DNA of 64,000 bases, taken from positions 40,920,001-40,984,000 of the forward strand of contig NC_043000.1 in NCBI RefSeq assembly GCF_006345805.1. Reading direction: 5' to 3'. A model generated the notes under the pieces. That model was not told the origin of the DNA. It saw only the letters and a program-made list of their open reading frames with translations, and did not search any database. Shown here piece by piece: positions 1 to 13,004 of this stretch (positions within the stretch are counted from its first letter, which is position 1; each line of letters begins with the position of its first letter). This DNA is from Octopus sinensis (taxonomy: Eukaryota). Both the position numbers and the translations under genes were made by a program.

Positions 1-216
1 TCTTCCACTCTCTCTTTCTCTCATCCGCATGCCCACACACATGTGTACACGCATACGCACACACACCCACATATAATATATGATAAATATACAGAGGTAC
101 AAAATGAAAATATCTTTTACACCAATTGTCATCCATACAGCTATGATCGTTTCGAAGCATTTATCACATGAAAACTATTTTAGTGTATGACAAATAATAT
201 TTTACTTTACATGCCT

Positions 217-638
217 GGGATCCTTTCGGTTTGAACGGCAGTTTTTAACATAATTTCTAGGTAACTAAAAAATTTTAAATTTCGTTTACTTGTAGAATGT
301 TTTTATAAAACATCTTTTTCTCCTGGCTTTATTGAGAAAATTCTATATTTTGTAAGATATTTGGTTGTTTTTTTTTTTTTCAATTTCTGCAATTTCAACC
401 AATCAATGACCGTCTATTGAGATGAAAATATTGTGTGCCGTATGAATATGTCCCTCGTTTAAGAAACAGATTGGGTTTATTTACATTTCTGAAGAAAGAA
501 AGATACCCTCCCCCCACCCCTAATCCTAACCCTAAAACAGATTGAAATGCAATAGATCGATGCTATGGTCATAATTATGGGTGACAATTTCATATGACAC
601 CGCTAGAAAAAAGCTGCCGTTCAAGCCGAAAAGATCCC
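217..638. mobile_element. Non-autonomous TIR DNA transposon (MITE), 422 bp, 6-bp TSD
   Basis: TIRs GGGATCCTTTCGGTTTGAACGGCAGTTTTT / AAAAAGCTGCCGTTCAAGCCGAAAAGATCCC; ATGCCT duplicated at 211-216 and 639-644; empty paralogous site near 8360 (ttacatgcttgtattaatacg). Confidence 0.9.
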
Positions 639-1500
639 ATGCCTGTATTAATACGTATAATATAAATTATATAATTCAGTTTAAAAATTTATAAATTAAT
701 ACAGGTAAAAGGACTTGTCATCACGTCAAAGGATATAGTTACTTTCATCGACACAATGCATATATATAAACGCAAGGAGTTAGCATGCGTAATACTGATA
801 TATGGAAGACAATAATTAATAAAATATAGAAGATAGGTAGGAGATTTAGCATGATATTAAAAAGTAAACAGTGGATTACAATGGTGGAAGAAAATGTACA
901 TATAGTAAGATATATATGGAACATTATATAGTTATTATTAATAACCTAGAAATAAAAATGGTAGATAAAGTAAAAACCAAACTATATGTAGTGTTGTAGA
1001 TATTCTGTTTACGGAATACACCTCCTCTTCGACTTACGACCATCCACACTTACGACTATAAAAATAAAAAAATAAATAATCGACTTTCGGACATTGGGCA
1101 GCTGCGAGTTACAATAACTATGGCAGCATCTGGCAACGCAGGCCTCCAGCAGACTCAGACATCCACTGCCTGCCACCGTCTCTCACTCAGTCACTGACAA
1201 GCATCAGTTGTGTTTGAGTGAAAATAGTGTTGAAAAATATAAATACGACATACGACCAGATCGAATTACGACCTATCAGTCGGAACGGAGCTCGTTTGTA
1301 AGTCGAATAGAAGGTGTAAATGGATGAATAAGAACAATACAAGGAATAAATTGAAAGTATAAGGAAATAAAAGTAAAAAAAAATAGGATGAAATAAAGGA
1401 AGACAGGGCATGAACAATATTGATATTGTAAATGGAAGACATTGAAATATATGTCAAACTAATAAAATAAACAATACCCCGACTCCTTCTTCATAGTTTA
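639..1500 (+). repeat. Duplicated non-coding segment, paralog of ~8360-9480 (short third fragment ~21247-21315)
   Basis: Colinear similarity, e.g. aattaatacaggtaaaaggacttg and cgactttcggacattgggca in both copies. Confidence 0.85.
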
Positions 1501-1779
1501 TATACGCCTAAGGAAATAATCATAATCAAGTGGATCTATTGGATTTCAACTGTATCTGACTATATATTACATTCCTTTTTCTGTTTTGGTTTACTGTGTG
1601 TATTGAATGCTGATCTATGAAAAGAGCTTTGTTTGTGAGTACCTCCGGATTAGTTACATCCATATATTGTCCATTAAAGTTATAAAAATATCATATATGT
1701 ATATAAATGTGCATATATTTATGTATATAAATATACATATATGTATGTAAATAAATATACATATATATATATAATATAT

Positions 1780-1846
<67 letters not shown>

Positions 1847-1995
1847 ATATATATATATTACAATGACCAGACGGCGTAAATAGTGTTTTCCCCATGCGCA
1901 TGCGTTACCGGCTCTGCCAGTTCGCGAGTTTGATATAATATAATATATTAGATGCCAGTATAGCAGGGAAAAAGTCGAGATTTAACAATAATTAC

Positions 1996-2034
1996 CACTA
2001 GATGATTTATCAGAAAGATTATGACTATGTTCTT
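1996..2034 (-). CDS. Micro-exon 7 of array (39 nt, phase 1): (E)EHSHNLSDKSSS
   Basis: Minus strand ttttcag|AAGAACAT...TCTAGTG|gtaatt; shares cassette flanks with six other micro-exons. Confidence 0.7.
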
Positions 2035-2059
2035 CTGAAAATAAAAATACATAGCTGCA

Positions 2060-3020
2060 TGATGATACATACGGTTCAGTCATATACACAGAGGATGAAA
2101 GCCTTAATGCATAACTACGTGTACTTGCCAAAAGTGGATAGAGAAATCGAAAATTTTGTGAAAGGTTGTAGAGGATGCGCTGTAGCAGCAAAATACCCAC
2201 GATAAATTGTGAACCTTGGCCAAAAGTAGATGTTCCTTGGTCGAGACTACATATCGATTTCGCTGGTCCTTTAAACGGTTCATACTACTAAGTGGTAGTT
2301 GATAGTTTCTCGAAATGGCCAGAAATTTATAAGTGTAGAAAACCAATCTCCTCAACTGCAACAAATTTTGTACATGAGCTGACGCGATAGTGTTTGACAA
2401 TGGAACAGAAGTTCTCTTTTGAATTTAAAATGCTTTGTAAAACGTTCGCTAGAGAACATGCGTCACACCATCCTAGATCCAACGGACAGGCAGAGAGAGC
2501 CCAAAGAAGTTTGAATAAGGATGTCACAGATGAGGTATCGCTACAAAATTCTAAAGACTATACCGTGTGAAACTAAATCAATATAGACCATCAGGTATGT
2601 CATCAGCGGAGCTGATGTTTGCGAGGAAAATATAATCAGTCTTTGACAAATTGCTACCGAGTAAGAAAAGAAAAAACTGCAATAGAAAAATACAGCAACA
2701 TTTTTCAAAATTCGTGAAAAGGTGTTTGCGATGGCATATAAGGACGGAAAATAGAATTGGATAGATGGCGTGTTTACCAAACGTATAGGAAAAATGATAT
2801 ACCTGGTAAAATGAAGAAAAGGTGTTTACAAGAGACAACTGAAAAAGATTCGTTGAGAACGAACTCATGAGAATAGAAGAACCAATGGAATGTTTATATG
2901 ATACTTTTCAAGTATCAAGGCCAGTACAGGTGATTGAACTCAGGCGAACAATAAGAAAATGAAGAATAAGAAAATGTACGGAGTTTCTGGAAGTGGATGC
3001 CAAACGAAAAAGATATTAAA
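2060..3020 (+). pseudogene. Decayed Gypsy (K02A2.6-like) LTR retrotransposon integrase
   Basis: RMKALMHNYVYLPKVDREIENFVKGCRGC (zinc-binding region), PWSRLHIDFAGPLNG, VVVDSFSKWPE, DNG, HPRSNGQAER; stops and frameshifts. Confidence 0.9.
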
Positions 3021-3136
3021 TGTGTAACTGAGGAAAAAAGAACTTCAAAAGAGGGAGGTGGGTTGATATAAAAATTATTGCTAATAAAAAAAAATAAAAT
3101 GACACTCCCTGAGAAAAAAATACTTGAAAGGGAAGA

Positions 3137-3394
3137 TGTTGTGGAAATATAAGTAATAATGGTACATCCCTCCCAAGTATATACTAGTCGCTATAAATAA
3201 GGTGACGTCGGTCAGTATACGGAGAGAGTAATTTGTAGACGTTCTTAGACAGTCGTGTATTTACTGGTTTAACAAATATACTGCTATACCAGAGCGGGTG
3301 TTAGAACAATACGAAATTGACAATGAAAACTAACACCAAAGAACATTACAGCCGAAAACTTTGGATATCGGAGCTCATTGCATTCAATAAAACA
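3137..3394 (+). mobile_element. 3' LTR of the Gypsy element (copy 1)
   Basis: Polypurine tract gaaagggaaga immediately upstream; TG...CA ends (TGTTG...AAAACA); internal TATAAATA and terminal AATAAA. Confidence 0.75.
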
Positions 3395-3425
<31 letters not shown>

Positions 3426-3785
3426 GCGAAAGAATCAGATAACCTGGTGACTACTAGAATGCCAGCCGAGAGAACACAGAGCAAGTAAACTGGGCAACGC
3501 GTTCCGTAAAGCCTTTCTCTTGTAATATTAAACCGTGTGAAAGACACCCAAGGGGAGAGGGAATAGAGAGTAACACCCCCAGCAGGTCGGATTTACTTAT
3601 TTCGCTGCAAGCAAAGGTGAAAAGGGCGATGAGTGTACAACGTAAATATCTGGAAAATATACCACAAATAAAGTTTCCGGTGCTCTAATAATTCTGTCAG
3701 GTCGCGAACCTTTTATAGCTATATAATACAAATACATTAGTTGCTGGTATAGCAGGAAAAAATGTTGAGACGTAACAATAATTAC

Positions 3786-3830
3786 CCCCGTGTGAGTCAC
3801 CATAAGCTCTAAAGCCATTTTCGTGGGATT
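3786..3830 (-). CDS. Micro-exon 6 (45 nt, phase 1): (E)SHENGFRAYGDSHG
   Basis: ttttttcag|AATCCCACG...CACGGGG|gtaatt. Confidence 0.75.
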
Positions 3831-3942
3831 CTGAAAAAATAAAAATATATATGATAACTGCAGACTCATTTATGGCTCTGTCTCTTCACTCACTCTCTCT
3901 CTCATGCACACACACACACGTCTATACATATACTTATATATG

Positions 3943-4021
<79 letters not shown>

Positions 4022-4024
4022 ATA

Positions 4025-4069
<45 letters not shown>

Positions 4070-4114
4070 TATATATAATATATATATATATAGATATATA
4101 TCTGTATATATTTC

Positions 4115-4158
<44 letters not shown>

Positions 4159-4184
4159 AGTATGTATGTAAGTATGTATGTAAG

Positions 4185-4223
<39 letters not shown>

Positions 4224-5233
4224 AAGAAAGAAGGTACAAGAAGAAAATATTTATTTCACAAATTGTCATCCATGCAACTCTATTTTCGCAGCCACAACAC
4301 CAGCCGCCACACGGAGAGTCATCAATACTCGACCAACAGCATTCGGTAATCTCATTCTTCGTCACCTCCGTCATGTTAACGTCGTCAACATGTCTCTACG
4401 TACACAGCAACCAGCAGCTGACGCTCACTTTCAATCTCAGCAATGTTCGTGAATTACTTCACCATGGTTAATAGCAAATATAACCTGCGAGAACTGTTGT
4501 AACAAGTAACACGGCAGTAGCATTGTAGCCACTACTTCGTACAACACGTACCGCAGAGGCTCTGCTTCTTCGCCTCAACTTCTGGTTACAGCATTTCAAC
4601 TAACGTGTACCTCGACTACGAACTGGTATTTATCTTAATAGTGTCTGAACAATATTCCAGCGCCCTATTATAGGCTCTTTCAATACTCTGTACTCCTCAC
4701 ACGCATACATCCTTGTTTGTACACATACACTTTGTATACTTGACAAATTGCTAACGAGTAAGAAAAGAAAAAACTGCAATAGAAAAATACAGCAACATTT
4801 TTCAAAATTCGTGAAAAGGTGTTTGCGTTGGCATATAAGGGCGGAAAATAGAATTGGATAGATGGCGTGTTTACCAAACGTATAGGAAAAATGATATACC
4901 TGGTAAAATGAAGAAAAGTTGTTTACAAGAGACAACTGAAAAAGATTCGTTGAGAACGAACTCATGAGAATAGAAGAACCAATGGAATGTTTATTTGATA
5001 CTTTTCAATTATCAAGGCCAGTACAAGTGATTGAACTTAGGCGAACAATAAGAAAATGAAGAATAAGAAAATGTACGGAGTTCCTGGAAGTGGATGCCAA
5101 ACGAAAAAGATATTAAATGCGTAACTGAGGTAAAAAGAACTTCAAAAGAGGGAGGTGGGTCGATATAAAAATTATTGCTAATAAAAAAAAATAAAATGAC
5201 ACTCCCTGAGAAAAAAATACTCGAAATGGAAGA

Positions 5234-5491
5234 AGTTGTGGGGATAAAAGTAGTAATGGTACACCCCTCCCACGTATATGCTAGTCGCTATAAATAAGGT
5301 GACGTCGGTCAGTATACGGAGAGAGTAATTTGTAGACGTTCTTAGACAGTCGTGTATTTACTGGTCTAACAAATATACTGCTATACCAGAGCGGGTGATA
5401 GAACAATACGACATTGACAATGAAAACTAACACCAAAGAACATTAGAGCCCAAAAATTTGGATGTCAGAACTCTCTGCATTCAATAAAACA
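5234..5491 (+). mobile_element. Gypsy LTR copy 2
   Basis: Paralog of 3137-3394, ends AAAACA. Confidence 0.75.
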
Positions 5492-6600
5492 ATGGCCCAT
5501 AATGTATTTGTTTTGCCAGTAATCATATGAACATTTGGGCTGCTTACAGGGACGCTTGATGATATCCGAATCTTTGATGTGAAAACCCGGTACACACAAT
5601 TTCAACACTAACAGTGATGTAGACCTCCTCTGCCTAAAACGAAAACAATGGGGCAGAAATCTAAAATCTAAATATCTACAAACCTGCCTCTAGCTACTAC
5701 TTCTATTTCTCTACCATTTTTACTTCTGGGTTACTAACAAAAAATATCAATAAAATACCTGATGAACAAAAAGGATAGAGACGCAAGAAAATCTGCCAAA
5801 TGAGATAACCGATGCTGACTTTCTGGAGTTAACACCGGAGATGTGAACCACATCTTTTGCAGTTGTTCTAAAATGTTATCACGGTATTATCTACCTATGA
5901 CACATGATGTTGTAGCTAAGACATTGTTTAATGAGAGCCATTGGAATACAACCCTGAAGCCAAACAAATAAGGATACCCGATATAATAGGAAGGATTATT
6001 AATGAAATGTCCTAATGAAAACATCAATAACATGTACACATACGTGACCACCAGATATAGGGATTTGAAATAGAGAGCAGAAACAACTGAGAGTTATGGA
6101 AATTAACTGCCCATCAGATGTTAACAACGAATGTTCAGGGTAAAAGGAAACACTTTCGGTCAATTATTGAGAAAACTACAACTTCTCTACCCGAATTACT
6201 AATTCAGGTTTGTACCTGTAATTATTGAGGCAGTGACATAGGTAACATATCGCTTAAGTTTCAATCCTGAAAAATTAGGCTCCTCTAAACGAGTAAGAAG
6301 AAAGATGGTTCGAAGACTAAATGTTCAAGCCATTGCTGGAAATGTAAATGTCTGTAAAATTTGCCAGCGGTTTATCAGTTAAGTATATATACGCATGTCT
6401 AGTCATGTAACTATATTTACGAAAATACCTACTAAAACAACACATACAAATCTGCACATGCACTGTCTCAAAATACTGTACAAATACATACATACATGGA
6501 AAACTATCCTGTTGATGTTGAAATTTTAATGAAGGTATCTTGGATCAAGATATGAAAGTGGCTCTTTCTGTATTGGCAAGAAATCTTGAAATTTAATGAC
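5492..6600 (+). mobile_element. Decayed non-LTR retrotransposon 3' end with restriction-like endonuclease (R4/Dong-related)
   Basis: DNRC*LSGVNTGDVNHIFCSCSKMLSRYYLPMTHDVVAK (CCHC + RHD-like), PDIGI*NREQKQLRVMEINCPSD, LQLLYPNY*FRFVPVII; followed by (TACA)n. Confidence 0.75.
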
Positions 6601-6677
6601 ATAAATACATACATACATTCATACATACATACATACATACATACATACATACATACATACATACATACATACATACA

Positions 6678-6708
<31 letters not shown>

Positions 6709-7069
6709 GCGAAAGAATCAGATAACCTGGTGACTACTAGAATGCCAGCCGAGAGCACTCAGAGCAAGTAAACTGGGCAACGCGACCCGTAAAGCCTTTC
6801 TTTGGTAATATTAAACCGTGTGAAGGACACCCAAGGGGAGAGGGAGGAGAAAATGACAACCTCAGCAGGTCGGATTTACTTATTTCGCTCCGAGCAAAAG
6901 TTAAAAGTGCGATGAATGTACAACGTAAATATCTGGAAAATATACCACAAATAAAGTTTCCGGTGCTCTAATAATTCTGTCAGGTCGCGAACCTTTTATG
7001 GCTATATATAGTACAATACATTAGATGCTGGTATAGCAGGAAAAAATGTTGAGACGTAACAATAATTAC

Positions 7070-7114
7070 CTCCGGATGAGTCACCATAAGATCTAAAGCC
7101 ATTTTCGTGGGATT
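7070..7114 (-). CDS. Micro-exon 5 (45 nt, phase 1): (E)SHENGFRSYGDSSG
   Basis: tttttttcag|AATCCCACG...TCCGGAG|gtaatt. Confidence 0.75.
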
Positions 7115-7138
7115 CTGAAAAAAATTAAAATATTATGA

Positions 7139-7512
7139 CTAGCAGTATCGCCCGGCGTTGCCGGGTTTGTAAGGATAACTATAAGCATTTTTAGAGAGTT
7201 ATAGCCAAAGAATAGCAAAAAATGGAAAAAAAATGATGGTAAATTTTTTTTTGAGATTTAAAAAGGTGGAGTTGCGTCCCTACACAGTTTGTGGTTTGTG
7301 TTCTGATATTGACGACCCATGTCGAATTTATCGATTTTTTCAGAACTGGGGACTTTTCAAAATTTTCACTGCGTTAGTTTGAATTATGACATTGGGCTAT
7401 GTGTGTGTCAAGTTTCATCAGAATCGGTTGAAAGCCGTGGTCAGGGTGAGGGTACGAGCAAACAGACACACAGAAACACGCACATACAAACTGCCGTTTA
7501 TATATAGAGAGA
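7139..7512 (-). mobile_element. Non-autonomous Helitron, 374 bp
   Basis: Minus strand 5'-TC...CTAG-3'; subterminal hairpin CCCGGC-GTT-GCCGGG (7151-7165); inserted between A and T without TSD relative to the empty site tatga|taactg at ~3853 and ~7744. Confidence 0.9.
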
Positions 7513-7674
7513 TAACTGCAGACTCATTTATGGCTCTGTCTCTCTCACTCACACTCTCTCTCTCTCTCTCTCATGCACACACTCACACACGTCTATACAC
7601 ATACATGCATATACAGTACAATACATTGGATGTTGGTATAGCAGGAAAAAATGTTGAAACATAACAATAATTAC

Positions 7675-7719
7675 CCCCGGATATGTCACCATAAGCTCTG
7701 TAGCCATTTCCGTGGGATT
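7675..7719 (-). CDS. Micro-exon 4 (45 nt, phase 1): (E)SHGNGYRAYGDISG
   Basis: tttttttcag|AATCCCACGGA...TCCGGGG|gtaatt. Confidence 0.75.
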
Positions 7720-7837
7720 CTGAAAAAAATTGAAATATATATGATAACTGCAGACTCATTTATGGCTCAGTCTCTCTCACTCATTCTCTCTCTCTCTCCC
7801 ATGCACACACTCACACATGTCTATACACACACACCAC

Positions 7838-7903
<66 letters not shown>

Positions 7904-8359
7904 CATATCAAAGGAATGAATTTAATTAAAATTAAAAACATTCAATTAAAATTTACATTTCCAGTGGTCTAACGCGTAAAAAAATTTTACTCAAAAAGTC
8001 TATATATTAGTCATACGATATAGTGTATATTTAAACACATAGAGAATCCACTTATAGGGATTCTATGCGCTAGAAAGAACAGCTAAGTTCTACAACCACA
8101 AAAAAATCGGGATAAAATTCGACAGGAATAAATTTGGAAATGAAAAACATTTACCATCTAGTTTCCTGGACCAATTGGTTTCTAATCATCTTTTAGGGAG
8201 TCATGGAGAACTCACAAGATTTGATTTTCTTCAGCAGGTCCAACCTAGTGTTAAACATATCCACACGAGACAAACAAGGCTACCTGTCTCGTGTTCATAC
8301 GAACTACCTTTTCAAATTTGGAACCGAAAGGCTGCGTCTGCGCAGTAAATTTATTTTAC

Positions 8360-9480
8360 ATGCTTGTATTAATACGTTTAGTATAAATTATATAATTCAG
8401 TTGAAACATTTATAAATTAATACAGGTAAAAGGACTTGTTCATCACGTCAAAGAATATAGTTACTTTCATCGACACAACGCATATATATAAACGCAAAGT
8501 GTTAGCATGCGTAATACTGATATATGGAAGACAATAAGTAATAAAATATAGAAGATAGGAGGGTGATTTAGCAAGATATTAAAAAGTAAACAGTGGATTA
8601 CGATGGTGGAAGAAAAGGTATATATAAGATCTATATGGAACATAATATATCTATCGTTAATAACCTAGAAGTAAAAATAGTAGAGAAAGTAAAGACGAAA
8701 CTAGAGGTAGGTTTGTAGATATTTCGTTTACTGAAAACACCTTTTCCTGGGCTTACGACCTGTGCGACTTACGACCATCCGTACTTACGGCTCCAAAAAT
8801 AAGTAAATAAATAAATAAATAATCGACTTTCGGACATTGGGCAACTGCGCGTTACAATAACTATGGCAGCATCTGGCAACGCAAGACTCCAGCAGACTCA
8901 GACATCCACTGCCTACCACCGTCTCTCACCCAGCCACTGACAAGCATTAGTTGTATTTGAATGAAGATAGTGTTGAAAAATATACATACAACATACGACC
9001 AGATCGAATTACGACCTATCATTCGTAACGGAACTCGTTCGTTAAGTCGAGGAGAAGGTGTAAATGGATTAATATGAACAATACAAGGAATAAATTGAAA
9101 GTAAAAAGAAATAAAAAGTAAAAAAAAAATTAGGATCAAATGAAAGAAGACAGTGCATGAACAATATTAGTTTGTATAAGGCGGCGAGCTAGCAGAAACG
9201 TTAGCACGCCGGGCAGAATGCTTAGCGTTATCTTGTCTATCTTTATGCTCTGATTTCATATTCCACCGAGATCAACTTTGCCTTTCTTTCATCCTTTCGG
9301 GATCGATAAATTAAGTACCAGTTGCGTACTGGGATCGATCTAATCCCCCAAAATTTCGGCCCTTGTTCCAAGAGAAGAAAAGAACATTCCTTAGTTAATA
9401 TTGTAAATGGAAGTTATTAAACTATATGATAAACTAAGCAATTAAACAACACCCTCCACCAGCTTTCTTCATATTTTGTA
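8360..9480 (+). repeat. Paralog of 639-1500, with a SINE inserted at ~9177-9390
   Basis: Colinear match interrupted by aaggcggcgagctagcagaaacgttagcacgccgggc SINE. Confidence 0.85.
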
Positions 9481-10232
9481 TACTCGAATCGACTATCTCT
9501 ATAAGACTGTACCACCACACCATACACCACCATACCACTCCACATCACACCACCACGCACACGCAAGCACTGACCATTTCCCAGCACCCACACCAGTGCA
9601 CACACTAGAATTGACCACTTCCCAGTACCAACACCATCATCCACACACGTACACATGCACACACGCACACGTCAATGTCACCAGCCCCTTCCAAACGCAC
9701 ATACACGCTCTCACATACACACGCACGCGCATCTTCGTTTTGGGTTCACTACTTTATTATCTCCCCTTCCTAGCTTTCCTGTGTGACCCCTCTGTCCGGC
9801 ATTCGCCATGATAGATCGCTAGCCACTAAACCTTTTTCTATTCCCCTCCTTGTTTATTTCTGTGTACATCTATTTGTTGTTTACACACCCATCTTCGTCT
9901 TTTTTTTTTGTAAATTCTCACTAATTTGTTTTCTACTCCAGGCAGAAGGCCCAAAATTTTGGGGAGGGAGCCAGTTGATTAGATCGATCCTAGTACGCAA
10001 AATTATTAGTATTATTATTATAATTATTATTATTATTATTAATGCTATTGTTATTATTATTATTCAGGTTACTGCTCGGAATTGAACTCGGAATCTTGGT
10101 GTTAGTAGCTCGCGCTCTGAATAACTTCGCCATATGCCTGTGGATCAAATGCTCTGAATACAGATATAAAAGAATAAAATAAGATGGAAATATAGCAGGA
10201 AATAAAATATGGCTAAATTTAACAAAAATTAC

Positions 10233-10274
10233 CATAGGGACTGTTATGAGAGTCATAGTATCCTCCGTGAGGTT
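10233..10274 (-). CDS. Micro-exon 3 (42 nt, phase 1): (E)PHGGYYDSHNSPY
   Basis: atttttcag|AACCTCACG...CCCTATG|gtaatt. Confidence 0.75.
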
Positions 10275-10308
10275 CTGAAAAATAAATATAAATGTATATT
10301 TCGTTATG

Positions 10309-10380
<72 letters not shown>

Positions 10381-10394
10381 ATATATATATATAT

Positions 10395-10426
<32 letters not shown>

Positions 10427-10546
10427 GTATGTATATATATATATAAATTCAGCAAAATTTAGATTCAGATGAATATGGTACTTAATTCAAAGGCATCAGA
10501 ATTTTGTATGGTATTATCCATATAAATCAAATGGGGTGATTATAAT

Positions 10547-10598
10547 CAAAATAAGCAACAAGTATATCCGAGGTCGGATATACTTGTTGCTTATTTTG
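10547..10598. repeat. Perfect 25-bp-arm hairpin (paralog 25351-25402)
   Basis: caaaataagcaacaagtatatccga-gg-tcggatatacttgttgcttattttg. Confidence 0.95.
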
Positions 10599-11003
10599 TT
10601 TATATATATATAAATATATTTCATTAATGCATAGTGAACATTTTTGGGTTTTATTATTATACGCAGGTGCTGATATTAGTATCTTCCATTGTAAATTATA
10701 ATTATTTTTTATCGTTAAGTTCCCATATATATGTACTTAACCCAGTAGAATTTCTCCTATTTTTATTTCTAAATGTATATCTGTGATAATTAAATCTTTG
10801 TTTCAAATTATTCTTCGTAGCTCCGATATAAACTTTCCTGTCGTATTGTGTACTTACTATACATTGATGTACTACCTTCTTCCTAATGCTGTCATTATTA
10901 AATACACAATTTTTTTCTTATTCTACAATTACACTTTCTATGTTGTTGTACAGGGTTTACGTTATTGGGATTAATAGTCACAATATTATTATGATTATTA
11001 TTA

Positions 11004-11067
<64 letters not shown>

Positions 11068-11179
11068 CATTATTATTATTATTGTTCCTGTTATTATTAT
11101 TGTTATTATTATTATTTTTATTACTGTTGGTGCTGTTATTATTACTGGTTGTGGTACTTCCATTATCATTGTCATTTCG

Positions 11180-11294
<115 letters not shown>

Positions 11295-11711
11295 TTTGTG
11301 TTATTGTTATTCATTTTTATGTTACTAAAATTATTTTTTCTACTTAGAAATTGTCAAGTTTTCTATTGTTATTTGAGGATATGACTGTGGCTAGGTTATG
11401 AGTTAGACTATATCCTATTCTTATTGTTTTTAATTAATTATCTCCCAATTTTTGTATTTTCCTTTTTCAAAATGTTTCTTTATTATATTGAAAATATTTC
11501 TTACTATATTATTTTTTATTTGCATAGTATAAGGTATTATTGACCATAAAATATCCATTTCATTATTTTCATTACAAGGTTTTTCTATATCATTTATAAT
11601 TTATTCCTACTTTTATAATTAATAATATTCTTATTATTATAATTTAAATTAAATATTTCATTAATGTTATTATAATTATAATTATAATTCACAGCCCCTA
11701 ACTTACTTGGT

Positions 11712-11760
<49 letters not shown>

Positions 11761-11764
11761 TCCT

Positions 11765-12966
11765 CTATTCTTTTACTTGTTTCAGTCATTTGCAAGCGGC
11801 CGTGCTGGAGCATCGCCTTTAGTCGAACAAATCGACTCCAGGACTTATTCTTTGTAAGCTTAGTACTTATTCTATCGGTATCTTTTGACGAACCACTAAG
11901 TTACGGAGTCGTAAACACACCAACACATGGTGGCAGAAAAAAACACACACACACGCACGCACACACACACACACACTAACACACACACGCATACACACAC
12001 ATGTATATGCACGACGACCTTTTTTCAGTTTCCATCTACCAAATCCACTCACAAAGATTTGGTCGACCTGAGGCTATAGTAGAAGACACTTGCCCAAGAT
12101 GCCACGCAGCGAAACTGAACCCAGAACCATGTCATTGGGAAGCAAGCTTCTTACCACACAGCCACACACACATATATATTTGTCTTCGTGGATAGTTATG
12201 TGAAAAAATGGTCAAAATAAATTAGAGGAATGCTAAATAGTTTTCATAAGAATATCATATGCATAATACTTTTACAAAGAAAAGGTTCACAAACACTTCG
12301 CAGCCTTTGCTTAGTTATCTTCGTCAGTTTATTGATGAAATTTTAAAGTTATTTTCAAATTTTCCTTTCGTAAATATATTCAAAGGCTGAATAAAGACAA
12401 TTTATTAAGAAGTATAAACCACCTCCATCTTTTATATATAAAAATTTGATTTGTATAGCTCTCTAATCTTTTTTTCACCTATACCATACCAAAATACATC
12501 AAAACGAAAACGGATCCCATAAAATTCAAAAGTTCACTGAATAAATTCCCTCAAAAATCCCGGACCAATTCCTACACCCGGATATGTCTCCAACAATAAT
12601 AATTCTTTGATAGAGTGGGTCATGGTGCCACATATATGACTAAAGGCCTTCAACAGGTGGTGCTATTAAGTTAGACATGGCCTGAGCCTATACTGGCCGA
12701 AACCTATCAAGGTTATCGAAGTTATATATATATATATATATATATATATCAGTCAGTTAATTAACGCTATACTGGAACACCGCCTTGAAGGCTTTCAGTC
12801 GAACAAATCGACTTATTTCTTAAGCTTAGTACTTGTTCTATCCGTCTCTTTTACCGGACGGCTAAGTTACGGGGAAGCAAGCACACAAGCACCAGTTGTG
12901 AAACAGTACGGGATGGGAAAAACACACACACAAAGATATATACATACATACATACATATATATATA

Positions 12967-13004
<38 letters not shown>

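Larger units (their letters stand above)
2643..3935 (+). repeat. Segmental duplicate copy 1 (integrase 3' end + LTR + micro-exon cassette); paralog 4740-~7600
   Basis: Near-identical from ttgacaaattgcta onward in both copies. Confidence 0.9.
4740..7600 (+). repeat. Segmental duplicate copy 2, with an extra REL-LINE segment and a Helitron
   Basis: Matches 2643-3935 apart from 5492-~6680 and 7139-7512. Confidence 0.9.

Noticed and set aside
2002-2060. N-terminus of plus ORF 2002-2205 as part of the integrase
   Set aside because: This part is the antisense of micro-exon 7 and its acceptor; integrase similarity starts only at ~2060.
4292-4345. Plus-strand 54-nt exon-like segment (ttttcgcag|...|gtaatc)
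   Set aside because: Isolated, opposite strand to the array, no partner exons, and embedded in probable TE-derived sequence.
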